Source of the DNA: Candidatus Magasanikiibacteriota bacterium
GTDB lineage: Bacteria > Patescibacteriota > Patescibacteriia > Magasanikbacterales > GWA2-37-8
Length of the DNA: 33,467 bases
Direction of reading: 5' to 3'
Assembly (NCBI GenBank): GCA_023246725.1
Contig: JAHFHV010000005.1
Span: forward strand, 1 to 33,467
Shown here piece by piece: positions 17,972-25,958 of the stretch (the stretch's first letter is position 1; every line of letters begins with the position of its first letter). The translations under genes were made by a program, and so were the position numbers. The notes beneath the pieces were generated by a model. That model had not been told where the DNA came from, searched no databases, and saw nothing but the letters and a program-made list of their open reading frames with translations.

Positions 17972-18057
17972 AGACCTCTCTTCCCGTTCTCTTCTTTGCG
18001 AAGGAGAGAAGGAATCGCGACCCTCTCCTCAGCAGAGGAGAGGGCAGGGAGAGGTTT
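17972..18057. repeat. 86-bp CCCTCTCC-family twin-hairpin element, copy 1
   Basis: AGACCTCTC...GGGAGAGGTTT with two internal hairpins; 3 mismatches to 18361-18446. Confidence 0.92.
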
Positions 18058-18185
18058 CGTGGATTTAAAAATCCAACAAAAAACTCTCGTTGAGAGAGCT
18101 TGGCATTTTTTAGCTAATCTGTGGTGGATATTGGCTCTCTCAAAGCACTATCCCACACCTATACACTATACAAATTTAATAGGTC

Positions 18186-18214
18186 ATACTAGCACTAAAC
18201 CCAATTTCTGTCAA
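18186..18214 (-). promoter_or_regulatory. Sigma70-type promoter for the Cys-rich gene
   Basis: Minus strand TTGACA-17 nt-TAGTAT with TGn extension. Confidence 0.55.
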
Positions 18215-18273
18215 GCGATTTTAGGAACTTTTAGGCAACTTTATAGCAATGGCGTTATTTTGGCTAACTATAA

Positions 18274-18301
18274 ACAAAAAACCCTTATCTTAAAATAAGG
18301 G
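18274..18301 (-). terminator. Possible intrinsic terminator
   Basis: CCCTTAT/ATAAGGG stem followed by a T-rich tract on the minus strand. Confidence 0.4.
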
Positions 18302-18360
18302 AAAATAATGTTCAATCACCTGGTAGTGACAGGTCTGGGCCGGTCACTTCACGGCCAGCG

Positions 18361-18446
18361 AGACCTCTCTTCCCGTTCTCTCCTTTGCAAAGGAGAGAAG
18401 GAATCGCGACCCTCTCCTCAGCAGAGGAGAGGGCAGGGAGAGGTCT
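18361..18446. repeat. 86-bp CCCTCTCC-family twin-hairpin element, copy 2
   Basis: AGACCTCTC...GAGAGGTCT terminal IR; direct repeat of 17972-18057. Confidence 0.92.
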
Positions 18447-18456
18447 GTCCGCTCAC

Positions 18457-19050
18457 CTACGTTCTTTTATAATACACTAGCCACAGTACAGCCAAAACCA
18501 TGCCGGCCAAAAGGCCGCCCAGGGTATTGAATATCACATTTGGCCGCCTGAGCCACGGCGAAAGCAAGGGATTATCCACCACTTTAAAAGCAATATCCCC
18601 GCCCACGTAATCGCCGCCTTGCGCCGCCATGGTTTCGGTAACAGCCCGGGCTAAGGCGAGCGAGTCTTGTGAAGTGAAACTATACGTCGTAATTTTTAAA
18701 AGACTGGTGCCGCCCACCACCGTGGCGTTCACATCCCTATTCCACAGTTTGCGCCGGTCACGGTCATTAAGCCTGTTCCAACGAGCCTTATTAAAGGTAA
18801 ACGAACTCGCCATTACTTTATGAAAAAAATCATCGGTCTTAAGCACCTGCACTAAATTGCTGCCAACTTGCTCGGCGCTTTTGGCTTGGGTGTACGGGTC
18901 CACCCCGCTCCGGTCGCGCGATATGATGAGGACCGCGCTTTCCGCGCCATAGGAGGCTGGTAAAACCAAACTAACAACGGCGATTAAAATGGCGACCACT
19001 ACTCCCCAGCCAATGATAAGAGCAAGATGTTTGCGTAAAATAGTGCCCAT
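18457..19050 (-). CDS. Wzz/CpsC-like polysaccharide chain-length determinant family protein
   Basis: N-terminal TM followed by PASYGAESAVLI; C-terminal KVVDNP...RPN and TM. Confidence 0.7.
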   Translation of the reverse strand: MGTILRKHLALIIGWGVVVAILIAVVSLVLPASYGAESAVLIISRDRSGVDPYTQAKSAEQVGSNLVQVLKTDDFFHKVMASSFTFNKARWNRLNDRDRRKLWNRDVNATVVGGTSLLKITTYSFTSQDSLALARAVTETMAAQGGDYVGGDIAFKVVDNPLLSPWLRRPNVIFNTLGGLLAGMVLAVLWLVYYKRT

Positions 19051-19142
19051 AGATTGTTAAGATTAAAAGATTGAAAGATTAAAAGATTGGAGCGAAACAA
19101 TTTCCAACAATCTTTTTTCAGTATAGCATAAACGCTATTTCA

Positions 19143-20231
19143 TCACAACTCCATCACCGGCACCGTCAACTCAATTACTTTTCCCGAACGCAAAACGCTA
19201 ACGCTCACGTTCTTGGCATTTTCCAAAGCACCCCACCACATGTCGGGCCGCACTGCTTCGCCGTTCAGCATCGTAATAACATCGCCGCGGCGTAGCGCCC
19301 CCCCTGGAGTTAAAACTTTGCTAATGGCAAAACCGCTCTGACGCTGGCCTCCTACAATAATCGGCTGTTCGTCATCAAACCAGCCCTGCACGCCCAAACT
19401 GGGGTAGGCAACTTTGCCCTTGCTTAAAACTTGCGGCAAAAGCCGATCAATAATCACCCCCGGTAAAACGATATTGTCTTTTTTTATAAAACCAACTAGC
19501 CGGCCGCCGCCATCCACCACCGACGCCCCTGTCGGAAAAACACCGTCCAACGCATATCCAACCGCCGGTTCATTATCAAGGTGAGGAATAACCCCCAGCC
19601 CCGCGGACCCGGAACGCAATACCGCGCTCTGCCAAACTCCTTTAACTAAAACATATACTTGGCTGATTGACTCTAACCGAGGCGCAAACGTAACCGACCG
19701 GGCCTCGGTGAATTCTAGGGCGGTTGTAGTCGCGGAGGCGGGGCGGGTAATTTTTACATAGGTTAACCCCGCCCGCCCGTCATACACGCTCTGGGTAATT
19801 ATAAAAAGCTGTCCCGATGAACTTAGAAGCTGCCAGCCGCGCGCCGCGCTGACGTTAAAATCTTTTGCGGGGAAGACTGCCCACCCATCGCTCGTGAGTA
19901 TCATGGCCTCCCCTATCTTATCCGCTGGGTTTAAAAATCGAGTCAATCCATCAGTCCCAAGCTTTTGGTATATAGTCAGAACTTCTTGATTCACCGCGGC
20001 CGTCACTTCCGGCGCTAACTCATTCAACCCTGATCTATTGAGCAGAGTCACCACTCCCCCCTGATTAGTAAATACTAAGCCAACCGGCCAAATCCAGCCG
20101 AGCATAATGGCCGCGCCCACCAGGCCGCTCAATAGACTCGCGATGAGGACTGTGGCAAAAATTTTAAATCTAAACCACATCTGGTGGTGGGCAATGCTTA
20201 CGCTCGGAGGCGGAATGTGCGGAGGAAACAT
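19143..20231 (-). CDS. HtrA/S1C-like membrane-anchored protein with PDZ domain, catalytic motifs degenerate
   Basis: N-terminal TM; GEAMILTSDGW, GASVVDGGGRLVG, YPSLGV and GALRRGDVITMLNG motifs. Start taken as ATG 20231. Confidence 0.7.
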   Translation of the reverse strand: MFPPHIPPPSVSIAHHQMWFRFKIFATVLIASLLSGLVGAAIMLGWIWPVGLVFTNQGGVVTLLNRSGLNELAPEVTAAVNQEVLTIYQKLGTDGLTRFLNPADKIGEAMILTSDGWAVFPAKDFNVSAARGWQLLSSSGQLFIITQSVYDGRAGLTYVKITRPASATTTALEFTEARSVTFAPRLESISQVYVLVKGVWQSAVLRSGSAGLGVIPHLDNEPAVGYALDGVFPTGASVVDGGGRLVGFIKKDNIVLPGVIIDRLLPQVLSKGKVAYPSLGVQGWFDDEQPIIVGGQRQSGFAISKVLTPGGALRRGDVITMLNGEAVRPDMWWGALENAKNVSVSVLRSGKVIELTVPVMEL

Positions 20232-20247
20232 AATTAAAAATTTCAAA

Positions 20248-21045
20248 TTACTTCCACCTCACTACAAACAAAATATATATCACAAGGAGGAGCCCGTTGA
20301 TAATCACAAACGGCAATTGTTTTTTAAAATTCAGTCCTCCGGGCGACAAATAAAATCGGCCCATCAGCCACAGCACATACCACCACCAAGTTAACATTAA
20401 ACTGCCCGCAAAATTGCCGATTGATGAAAATAAAACTACCAAGCTGGCTTCCCACAAAAGTATAGCGGATAACCCTAAAAATAACAGCGCGCGGCGCGTT
20501 AGGGGCACTTCATACCGCCGCCACCAAAAACCGCTTAATAGCGTGGGCAGAATTGTGGCCACTGCCGGCAGCCACCAATTAAACCAGGGTACGAGTTGAA
20601 ATACAAATAAGGCCAAAAGACCGCTCCAGATTCCCGCCACCGCCATAACAGTCATGAGGAGGCCGATACGACGATACGGTTTAAGCTCAAACGATAATTC
20701 CCTACTACCAGGAGGAATGAGCCAATACAAAAACGACGGGGACAGGACGCTGACTACGGCCAAGAGATGCCAGGCCACGCTCCAGTCGGTAAATAATACT
20801 AACGGCAAAAGCCCGGCCTCAAAGACCGCTAAAACCAAGACATGCTGCCAGGGGTTTATACTGGGCGGAAAATAAGCGAAACCATAAGCTAACACACTCG
20901 ACAACGCCAAACGAGCCAGGAGCAAAATCGCCAGCCCGGATAGATTGGTTACGCGCTTAAGCAACCAAAAAAATATCAAACCAAAAATAAGCTCGGCGGC
21001 GGCGGCTAGTTTAGGGTGAAGTGAAATTTTTTTGGAAAAAGCCAT
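20248..21045 (-). CDS. Multi-pass membrane hypothetical protein
   Basis: About eight or nine hydrophobic segments; start set at ATG 21045 (MAFSKK). Confidence 0.75.
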   Translation of the reverse strand: MAFSKKISLHPKLAAAAELIFGLIFFWLLKRVTNLSGLAILLLARLALSSVLAYGFAYFPPSINPWQHVLVLAVFEAGLLPLVLFTDWSVAWHLLAVVSVLSPSFLYWLIPPGSRELSFELKPYRRIGLLMTVMAVAGIWSGLLALFVFQLVPWFNWWLPAVATILPTLLSGFWWRRYEVPLTRRALLFLGLSAILLWEASLVVLFSSIGNFAGSLMLTWWWYVLWLMGRFYLSPGGLNFKKQLPFVIINGLLLVIYILFVVRWK

Positions 21046-21109
21046 ACCCAGTTTACCTATACATTCACGAGTGTACCATAGCGCTGTGTAAAAATAAAGA
21101 CCCCGCCCA

Positions 21110-21194
21110 CAGCAACACTTCAACACATCAGCACTACAACACTTAGTGGGGTGTAGCGTTTCGGTGTTGTAGTGTTGTGGTGCTGATGTGTTGT
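21110..21194. repeat. CAACAC/GTGTTG 8-mer-periodic inverted repeat
   Basis: CAACACATCAGCACTACAACACT versus AGTGTTGTGGTGCTGATGTGTTG. Confidence 0.8.
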
Positions 21195-21246
21195 CATGGA
21201 TAATCAGTTGCTTTGGAAAGAAAACAATGGTACCCTAATAATCATT

Positions 21247-21690
21247 ATGCTAAGCCTAGCCCAAAACAAATCCGCCCGCTTTGATTACGATATCCTGGAA
21301 ACCTACGAGGCTGGTTTAGTTTTGTCGGGAGCCGAAACCAAGGCCGTTAAAAACGGACAAATTAATCTCAAGGCTTCGTTTGTCACGTTCCATGGCGGCG
21401 GCGCGCTGTTAACCAACGCGCACATCAGCCCCTACCCATTTGCCAAACAAATCGATTACGACCCAACGCATAGCCGCCCGCTCCTCCTCCACAAAAAAGA
21501 AGTGTCTTATCTTAAAGGCAAATCGCAAGAAGCTGGCTTGACAATTGTGCCCTTAAGCGTGTATACTAAGAACCGCCTCATCAAAGTTGAAATAGCCGTC
21601 GCCCGCGGCCGCAAAGAATACGACAAGCGGGCAGTACTCAAAAAGAGAGATACCGAGAGAGAAATACGTCAGAAATCAGACCGACTCTAG
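21247..21690 (+). CDS. smpB: SsrA-binding protein
   Basis: NKSARFDYDILETYEAGLVLSGAETKA, HISPY, LLLHKKE and ARGRKEYDKR motifs; adjacent to tmRNA. Confidence 0.97.
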   Translation: MLSLAQNKSARFDYDILETYEAGLVLSGAETKAVKNGQINLKASFVTFHGGGALLTNAHISPYPFAKQIDYDPTHSRPLLLHKKEVSYLKGKSQEAGLTIVPLSVYTKNRLIKVEIAVARGRKEYDKRAVLKKRDTEREIRQKSDRL

Positions 21691-21703
21691 AGTGGATACG
21701 TTT

Positions 21704-21830
21704 AAACTCGAAATTCGAAGCACGAAATTCGAAACAAACCCTAATATCAAAAATTCCAATACATTAAAACATTTTGGAATATTTAGATTTTGATATTGTT
21801 TCGTATTTCGGATTTAGAATTTCGGATTTC
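21704..21830. repeat. Heptamer-based (CGAAATT/ATTTCG) inverted repeat element
   Basis: CGAAATTCGAAGCACGAAATTCGAAACAA...TTGTTTCGTATTTCGGATTTAGAATTTCGGATTT. Confidence 0.8.
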
Positions 21831-21837
21831 ACAACTT

Positions 21838-22256
21838 GGGAGTGATCGGTTTCGACAGGAGCGACTCTTGTTATCTGCATACCGAGGCGGCCCCGGCCTC
21901 GTTAATCCAGGGGGCAACTTATAAGTGCCAACTTATATCAAAAGGCAGTAGTTGCCGTTCGCGATTTCGTGAATGGTTTCGCCTTGGCTCCGGCCCTGGC
22001 CTAACAAACGGCTACTGTTTCCCGGAATCTTTAGATACCGGGCATCGCGCTGGCCAGACTTCGTAGCCAACCGCGGTGTCACTCACGAAGTGTAGAGTGC
22101 GCGTACCGCTAGTTGCGCGCCTTCGAAAGCAATACTTAGCTCGACTCTGATTATTTCGTTAGCTCTAAGGTCAGAGTTTAAAATATCAAGCTGGCTATGT
22201 ATGTAGACGGTAACGGCAGCGACTCTTGGACGCGAGTTCGATTCTCGCCACTTCCA
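21838..22256 (+). ncRNA. ssrA: tmRNA
   Basis: 5' GGGAGTGATCGGTTTCGAC pairs with 3' CACTTCC-A (G3:U wobble); T-arm GCGAG-TTCGATT-CTCGC; tag frame 21927-22004 reads ANLYQKAVVAVRDFVNGFALAPALA*. Confidence 0.95.
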
Positions 22257-22270
22257 CTCGACCCAACATA

Positions 22271-22378
22271 ATCCGAATCTGCAAATCTTTATCCGAATCT
22301 ACGAAAATCCTAATACAGCGAATGGCCATTGGTAGATTCGTATATTTGTAGATTCGGCTTGCATTCGTGGATTCGGAT
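22271..22378. repeat. ATCCGAATC/GATTCGGAT inverted and tandem repeat element
   Basis: ATCCGAATCT twice on the left; GTAGATTCG twice and GATTCGGAT on the right. Confidence 0.75.
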
Positions 22379-22393
22379 TACATTATTTGTAGT

Positions 22394-22939
22394 ATGAGAA
22401 TTACTCACCGCCGCAAAAAAGAAGAGCCAAAAAAAAACTACCGCTATAACGAAGCCATTACGGCCCCGGAAGTTTTGGTGCTTGGAAAAACCGGGGAAAA
22501 TTTGGGCGTCATGAAAATTAGGGAGGCCATTGACATGGCCCGTGAATTAGGTTTAGACTTGGTGGAAATAAACCCTCTTACCGCGCCGCCGGTAGCTAAA
22601 ATTATTGACTTTGGGCAACTGCGCTACAGTCAGGAAAAAGAAGCGCGCCTGGCCAAAGCGCGCCAGCACGTGGTAGACATTAAGGGCGTGCGCCTCTCGC
22701 TCCGCATCGGACCGCACGATTTAGGCATTCGCCGCAACCAAACCATTAAGTTTTTAGACGGCGGCGATAAAGTGAAAATTGAAATTATTTTGCGCGGACG
22801 CGAACAGGCCCAGGGGCCCATGGCTGTGGAACTGGTGAAAAATTTCATTGCCTCGGTTAACGCGTTGGTGCCAATTAGAACCGAGCAGACGGTGGAACGC
22901 AACGCGAATAAAGTTACGGCGATCATCACCAAGGCCTAA
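22394..22939 (+). CDS. infC: Translation initiation factor IF-3
   Basis: NEAITAPEV, GLDLVEI, PPVAKIIDFG and GDKVKIEIILRGRE motifs; start probably ATG 22394. Confidence 0.96.
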   Translation: MRITHRRKKEEPKKNYRYNEAITAPEVLVLGKTGENLGVMKIREAIDMARELGLDLVEINPLTAPPVAKIIDFGQLRYSQEKEARLAKARQHVVDIKGVRLSLRIGPHDLGIRRNQTIKFLDGGDKVKIEIILRGREQAQGPMAVELVKNFIASVNALVPIRTEQTVERNANKVTAIITKA

Positions 22940-23020
22940 AATTCAAACAGATTTTGTGAGGATTCAAACTGATTAATCGAATCGGTCTAAATCTTCAACT
23001 AATCTGTCTAAATCATACAT

Positions 23021-23215
23021 ATGCCTAAGCTTAAGACCCACCAAGCCACCGCCAAGCGCTTTAAGCGCACCAAAACCGGCAAAATTTTAAAGCGCACCGC
23101 CGGCCAAAATCATTTTAACGCGCGCGAAAGCGGCAAAGTCGGCCGCAACAAAAAAATTGATCTGGTAATGAGTAAAACCCTCAACCACGTCATGGCCGTT
23201 AACTTACCAAACTAA
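23021..23215 (+). CDS. rpmI: 50S ribosomal protein L35
   Basis: MPKLKTHQATAKRFKRTKTGKI; infC-rpmI-rplT synteny. Confidence 0.97.
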   Translation: MPKLKTHQATAKRFKRTKTGKILKRTAGQNHFNARESGKVGRNKKIDLVMSKTLNHVMAVNLPN

Positions 23216-23285
23216 GCACACGAGACACGATACACACAGAACGATACAAAATATTTGTTTAATATTTGTTTAATATCTTTTCAAT

Positions 23286-23630
23286 ATGACAAGAATTAAA
23301 GGTGGTCTCCTCCACGCCAAACGCCGCCGCGGCATACTAAAACATACCCGTGGTTTCCGCTGGGGGCGCAAATCAAAAATTAAAGTGGCCAAAGTGGCTA
23401 AAATGAAAGCCGGCCAACACGCGTTTAATTCGCGCAAAACCAAAAAACGCCTTAACCGCGGGCTGTGGAACGTTAAAATTAACGCCGCCGCCCGTGAAGT
23501 TGGCGTTTCTTACAGCAAGCTTATCGGCCTCCTTAAAAAGAAAAATATCGGTTTGGACCGAAAAATTTTGGCATCTCTTGGAGAAAAACGCGAAGCCATT
23601 TTCCGCCATCTGGTAAGCCTGGCCAAGTAA
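23286..23630 (+). CDS. rplT: 50S ribosomal protein L20
   Basis: MTRIKGG, LWNVKINAAAR, SYSKLI and LDRKILA motifs. Confidence 0.97.
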   Translation: MTRIKGGLLHAKRRRGILKHTRGFRWGRKSKIKVAKVAKMKAGQHAFNSRKTKKRLNRGLWNVKINAAAREVGVSYSKLIGLLKKKNIGLDRKILASLGEKREAIFRHLVSLAK

Positions 23631-23678
23631 CTACCTGCCCCGTACCGATGGAGCGTGGCGACATTTGATGCGTGGGTC

Positions 23679-23726
23679 TTATCCACACCGTGAATAGTTG
23701 ACAGTAACCAGGAAACGTGCTATACT
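23679..23726 (+). promoter_or_regulatory. DnaA box followed by a sigma70 promoter
   Basis: TTATCCACA at 23679-23687; TTGACA (23698)-17 nt-TATACT (23721). Confidence 0.7.
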
Positions 23727-23732
23727 CAAAAA

Positions 23733-23820
23733 AATACAGACCCTGAGTGTGTCTGGTACCTGGGAGAAACGCCCCCTCCTTCGTTTCTTTCCTTGTGCCA
23801 GACGCACCCAGGGTCTTTTT
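23733..23820 (+). ncRNA. Putative small hairpin RNA with CCCCCUCCUU loop
   Basis: Consensus promoter, a ~33-bp imperfect stem with G:U pairs on the + strand (23738-23816), a U-tract, and no ORF. Confidence 0.6.
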
Positions 23821-23834
23821 GTTAACGGCCTACA

Positions 23835-23864
23835 TTGACAATTGCTTTATGGTTACTGTATAAT
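23835..23864 (+). promoter_or_regulatory. tRNA promoter
   Basis: TTGACA-18 nt-TATAAT upstream of tRNA-Asp. Confidence 0.75.
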
Positions 23865-23902
23865 GAGACAAGTAAATTTTGGGATAGTTTAAAAAATAAT
23901 TT

Positions 23903-23976
23903 GGGACGGTAGTTCAACTGGTTAGAGCACTGCCCTGTCACGGCAGAAGTTGCGGGTTCGAGTCCCGTCCGTCCCG
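23903..23976 (+). tRNA. tRNA-Asp(GTC)
   Basis: Acceptor GGGACGG/CCGTCCC, anticodon arm CTGCC-CTGTCAC-GGCAG, T-loop TTCGAGT, discriminator G; CCA not encoded. Confidence 0.97.
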
Positions 23977-23979
23977 CCG

Positions 23980-24011
23980 AATTCTCTCCCCCAACGAGAG
24001 AATTTTTATTT
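23980..24011. terminator. Terminator-like hairpin between tRNA and the convergent M23 gene
   Basis: AATTCTCTC-loop-GAGAGAATT followed by a T-rich tract. Confidence 0.55.
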
Positions 24012-24671
24012 TAAAAACTCACCAAAATCCAGCCACTCATTAAGCTCGCTTTTGGTTGACGCGTAGCCGCGAATATTCATGGCTTTGCCTTTGTGGATTC
24101 CCAAATGCAAATGCTTTCTCTCGCCGTCGGTTTCCGAACTATTTCCTTCGCCTAAAATTCCAATGTGTTCTTCGACTTTAAGCTGGTCTCCAAGTTTAGT
24201 TAAAATACTCGCGAGGTTAAGATGTCCATACACAACGGTGATCGGCTCTCCCTGAAACTCGCAAAATTGAACCAGCATGCCGCCGTACCCGCTTACGGAG
24301 CCTTTGCGGAGAATCGTTCCGGAACAGATCGCGTTTATGCTAACAGAAGCGTCTTGTTCGCCTGAAAAAATTTCAAAATCAACGCCCGTATGATAACCAC
24401 GGAAGCGTTCCGGCTGGACTGGCGAATTCTGCGGGGAAACAAAGATCCCAAAAAATTTTTTGGTCACCCGCTCTTTGGCGCGGTCAATCGGCATAAAAAA
24501 TGCCGCGACGCTGGACGAAACAGCCGGAAGAGCGGTGGCCGGCTTCTCCGCGCCGCTTGTGGTGGTTGCGCTGCCAGAAAACGGCGTGACAATTGTGCCG
24601 CATCCCGCCAGACTACAAAGTACTCCCGTTGCCAAAAATACAAAACTATAATTATACAATAAAGGCTTCAT
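24006..24671 (-). CDS. M23 family metallopeptidase, putative lipoprotein
   Basis: LAGC lipobox; HTGVD, GYG, YGHL and HLH motifs. Confidence 0.9.
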   Translation of the reverse strand: MKPLLYNYSFVFLATGVLCSLAGCGTIVTPFSGSATTTSGAEKPATALPAVSSSVAAFFMPIDRAKERVTKKFFGIFVSPQNSPVQPERFRGYHTGVDFEIFSGEQDASVSINAICSGTILRKGSVSGYGGMLVQFCEFQGEPITVVYGHLNLASILTKLGDQLKVEEHIGILGEGNSSETDGERKHLHLGIHKGKAMNIRGYASTKSELNEWLDFGEFLK

Positions 24672-24831
24672 AAAATAATCCTAAACAATGGCTTTAGGCC
24701 CATACGGACAGTATATCACAAACTGGATCTTTACAAATTATGGTGAATAAGCTACACTTATTTTAATAATACGCGGCCTATATCCGCGTCCCGCAATTGC
24801 GGGATCCGCGTATATCCGCTTCTATAAATAT

Positions 24832-25320
24832 ATGGCCATAAAAATTTTCGTCACCGGCGGATCATTTGATAAAGAATACGATGAGATTGAAGAAAAGCTC
24901 TTGTTTAAAGATACCCGCATTCCGGAAATTTTAAAACGATCTAGGTGTGGCGTGGAAGTAGATATCCGCACCCTTATGCTAGTAGACAGCCTAGACATAA
25001 CCTTTGCCGACCGCGCGGTGATTGTGGAAAATTGCAAAAACGCCAAAGAGGATAAAATTATTATTACCCACGGCACTTCTACCATGTCCGAAACTGCCAA
25101 AGCAATCGGCCAAGCTAAGCTGGAAAATAAAACAATTGTGCTCACTGGCGCCATGATTCCGTACAAACTTGGCAAGTCCGACGCGATGTTTAACCTCGGC
25201 ACCGCCCTGGCGTTTGTGCAAGCTTTGCCCCCCGGCGTGTACGTGGCCATGAATGGCCGTTGCTTTAATTGGTACAATGTAAAAAAGAATGAAAAACTGG
25301 GAGTATTTGAAGAATTATAA
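24832..25320 (+). CDS. Short asparaginase-domain protein
   Basis: TGGSFDK, DSLD, ITHGTSTM, VLTGAM and SDAMFNL motifs; N-terminal domain only. Confidence 0.88.
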   Translation: MAIKIFVTGGSFDKEYDEIEEKLLFKDTRIPEILKRSRCGVEVDIRTLMLVDSLDITFADRAVIVENCKNAKEDKIIITHGTSTMSETAKAIGQAKLENKTIVLTGAMIPYKLGKSDAMFNLGTALAFVQALPPGVYVAMNGRCFNWYNVKKNEKLGVFEEL

Positions 25321-25344
25321 TCAAGCAAAAATAATTACTAGCGC

Positions 25345-25367
25345 ATCGCTCACCGAGCGATTTTTTT
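25345..25367 (+). terminator. Intrinsic terminator
   Basis: ATCGCTC-ACC-GAGCGAT followed by a T run. Confidence 0.7.
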
Positions 25368-25388
25368 AAACATGCGGCGGGGCGCGGA

Positions 25389-25417
25389 TTGACAAAACCT
25401 TGTCTTTGTACTATGCT
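25389..25417 (+). promoter_or_regulatory. Sigma70-type promoter of the high-GC small-gene cassette
   Basis: TTGACA-17 nt-TATGCT, followed by TGTTCTTTAC (boxA-like) at 25425. Confidence 0.65.
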
Positions 25418-25524
25418 ACCGCGTTGTTCTTTACTATTTCTGCCGTTGTACCGCTTAGTGAATGCTATAGTTAACTAAGCGGCGAAACGGCAGAACCCCA
25501 ACCCCTCTGCCGGGAAAGGAAACC

Positions 25525-25743
25525 TTGGACACGAAGCCCTGGTATACGCGCGCCGCACTCTGGTTCATCATCGGCACCGGTCGCGCGATTCTCAACGTCT
25601 TCATCGTGCTGTGGTGGATCGCGGCGCTCTGTGCTCTCGCCATCCCTCACCCTGTGGGGCCTGCGATCACAGCGATGATGCTGGGCAGCTATTTCCTCAT
25701 CCGCGCCGCCGCGCGCGGGTTCTTCCCGCCCGGTAGATCCTGA
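25525..25743 (+). CDS. High-GC small membrane protein (72 aa)
   Basis: AAAGGA before a TTG start; two hydrophobic segments; TTC/ATC/GC3-biased codons. Confidence 0.65.
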   Translation: MDTKPWYTRAALWFIIGTGRAILNVFIVLWWIAALCALAIPHPVGPAITAMMLGSYFLIRAAARGFFPPGRS

Positions 25744-25784
25744 CCACCGCTCCACGCTCACTGACCCGCCACAAGGAGGGCGAC

Positions 25785-25958
25785 ATGAAGATATTGCGAG
25801 AAATCAGGATTGGGTTCCAGCGGATGAGCCACGCCTGGTTCGTGGTCATCGGCGCCGGATTCGGCGCCGGATTCGCCGCGACCCCGGCCTGGGGTCTCGC
25901 GACGGGCGCCGCCTTCGCGGCGCTGTTCGCCTGGGCCTACAGCAACGAAGCGCGCTAG
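25785..25958 (+). CDS. High-GC small membrane protein (57 aa), absent from the ORF track
   Basis: SD AAGGAGG before ATG; translates MKILREIRIGFQRMSHAWFVVIGAGFGAGFAATPAWGLATGAAFAALFAWAYSNEAR*; GC3 bias; hairpin GCGCGCTAGC/GCTAGCGCGC at the 3' end. Confidence 0.7.
   Translation: MKILREIRIGFQRMSHAWFVVIGAGFGAGFAATPAWGLATGAAFAALFAWAYSNEAR

Noticed and set aside
17996-18298. 100-aa ORF
   Set aside because: Starts inside a repeat element and spans a promoter/leader region; no coding features.
17972-18446. CRISPR array or IS ends
   Set aside because: Only two 86-bp copies with a 303-bp gap, no regular repeat-spacer pattern, and no cas or transposase gene.
21836-22066. 76-aa ORF
   Set aside because: Overlaps tmRNA in a frame different from the tag.
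22382-22396. Non-canonical ATT start of infC
   Set aside because: In-frame ATT codons exist just upstream but border a repeat element; ATG 22394 gives a plausible N-terminus. Cannot be resolved from sequence alone.
23679-23687. Replication origin
   Set aside because: Single DnaA box, no cluster or unwinding element, and no dnaA nearby.
23733-23820. SRP RNA or 6S RNA
   Set aside because: No GNRA-capped SRP domain IV motif; too short and lacking a central bubble for 6S.
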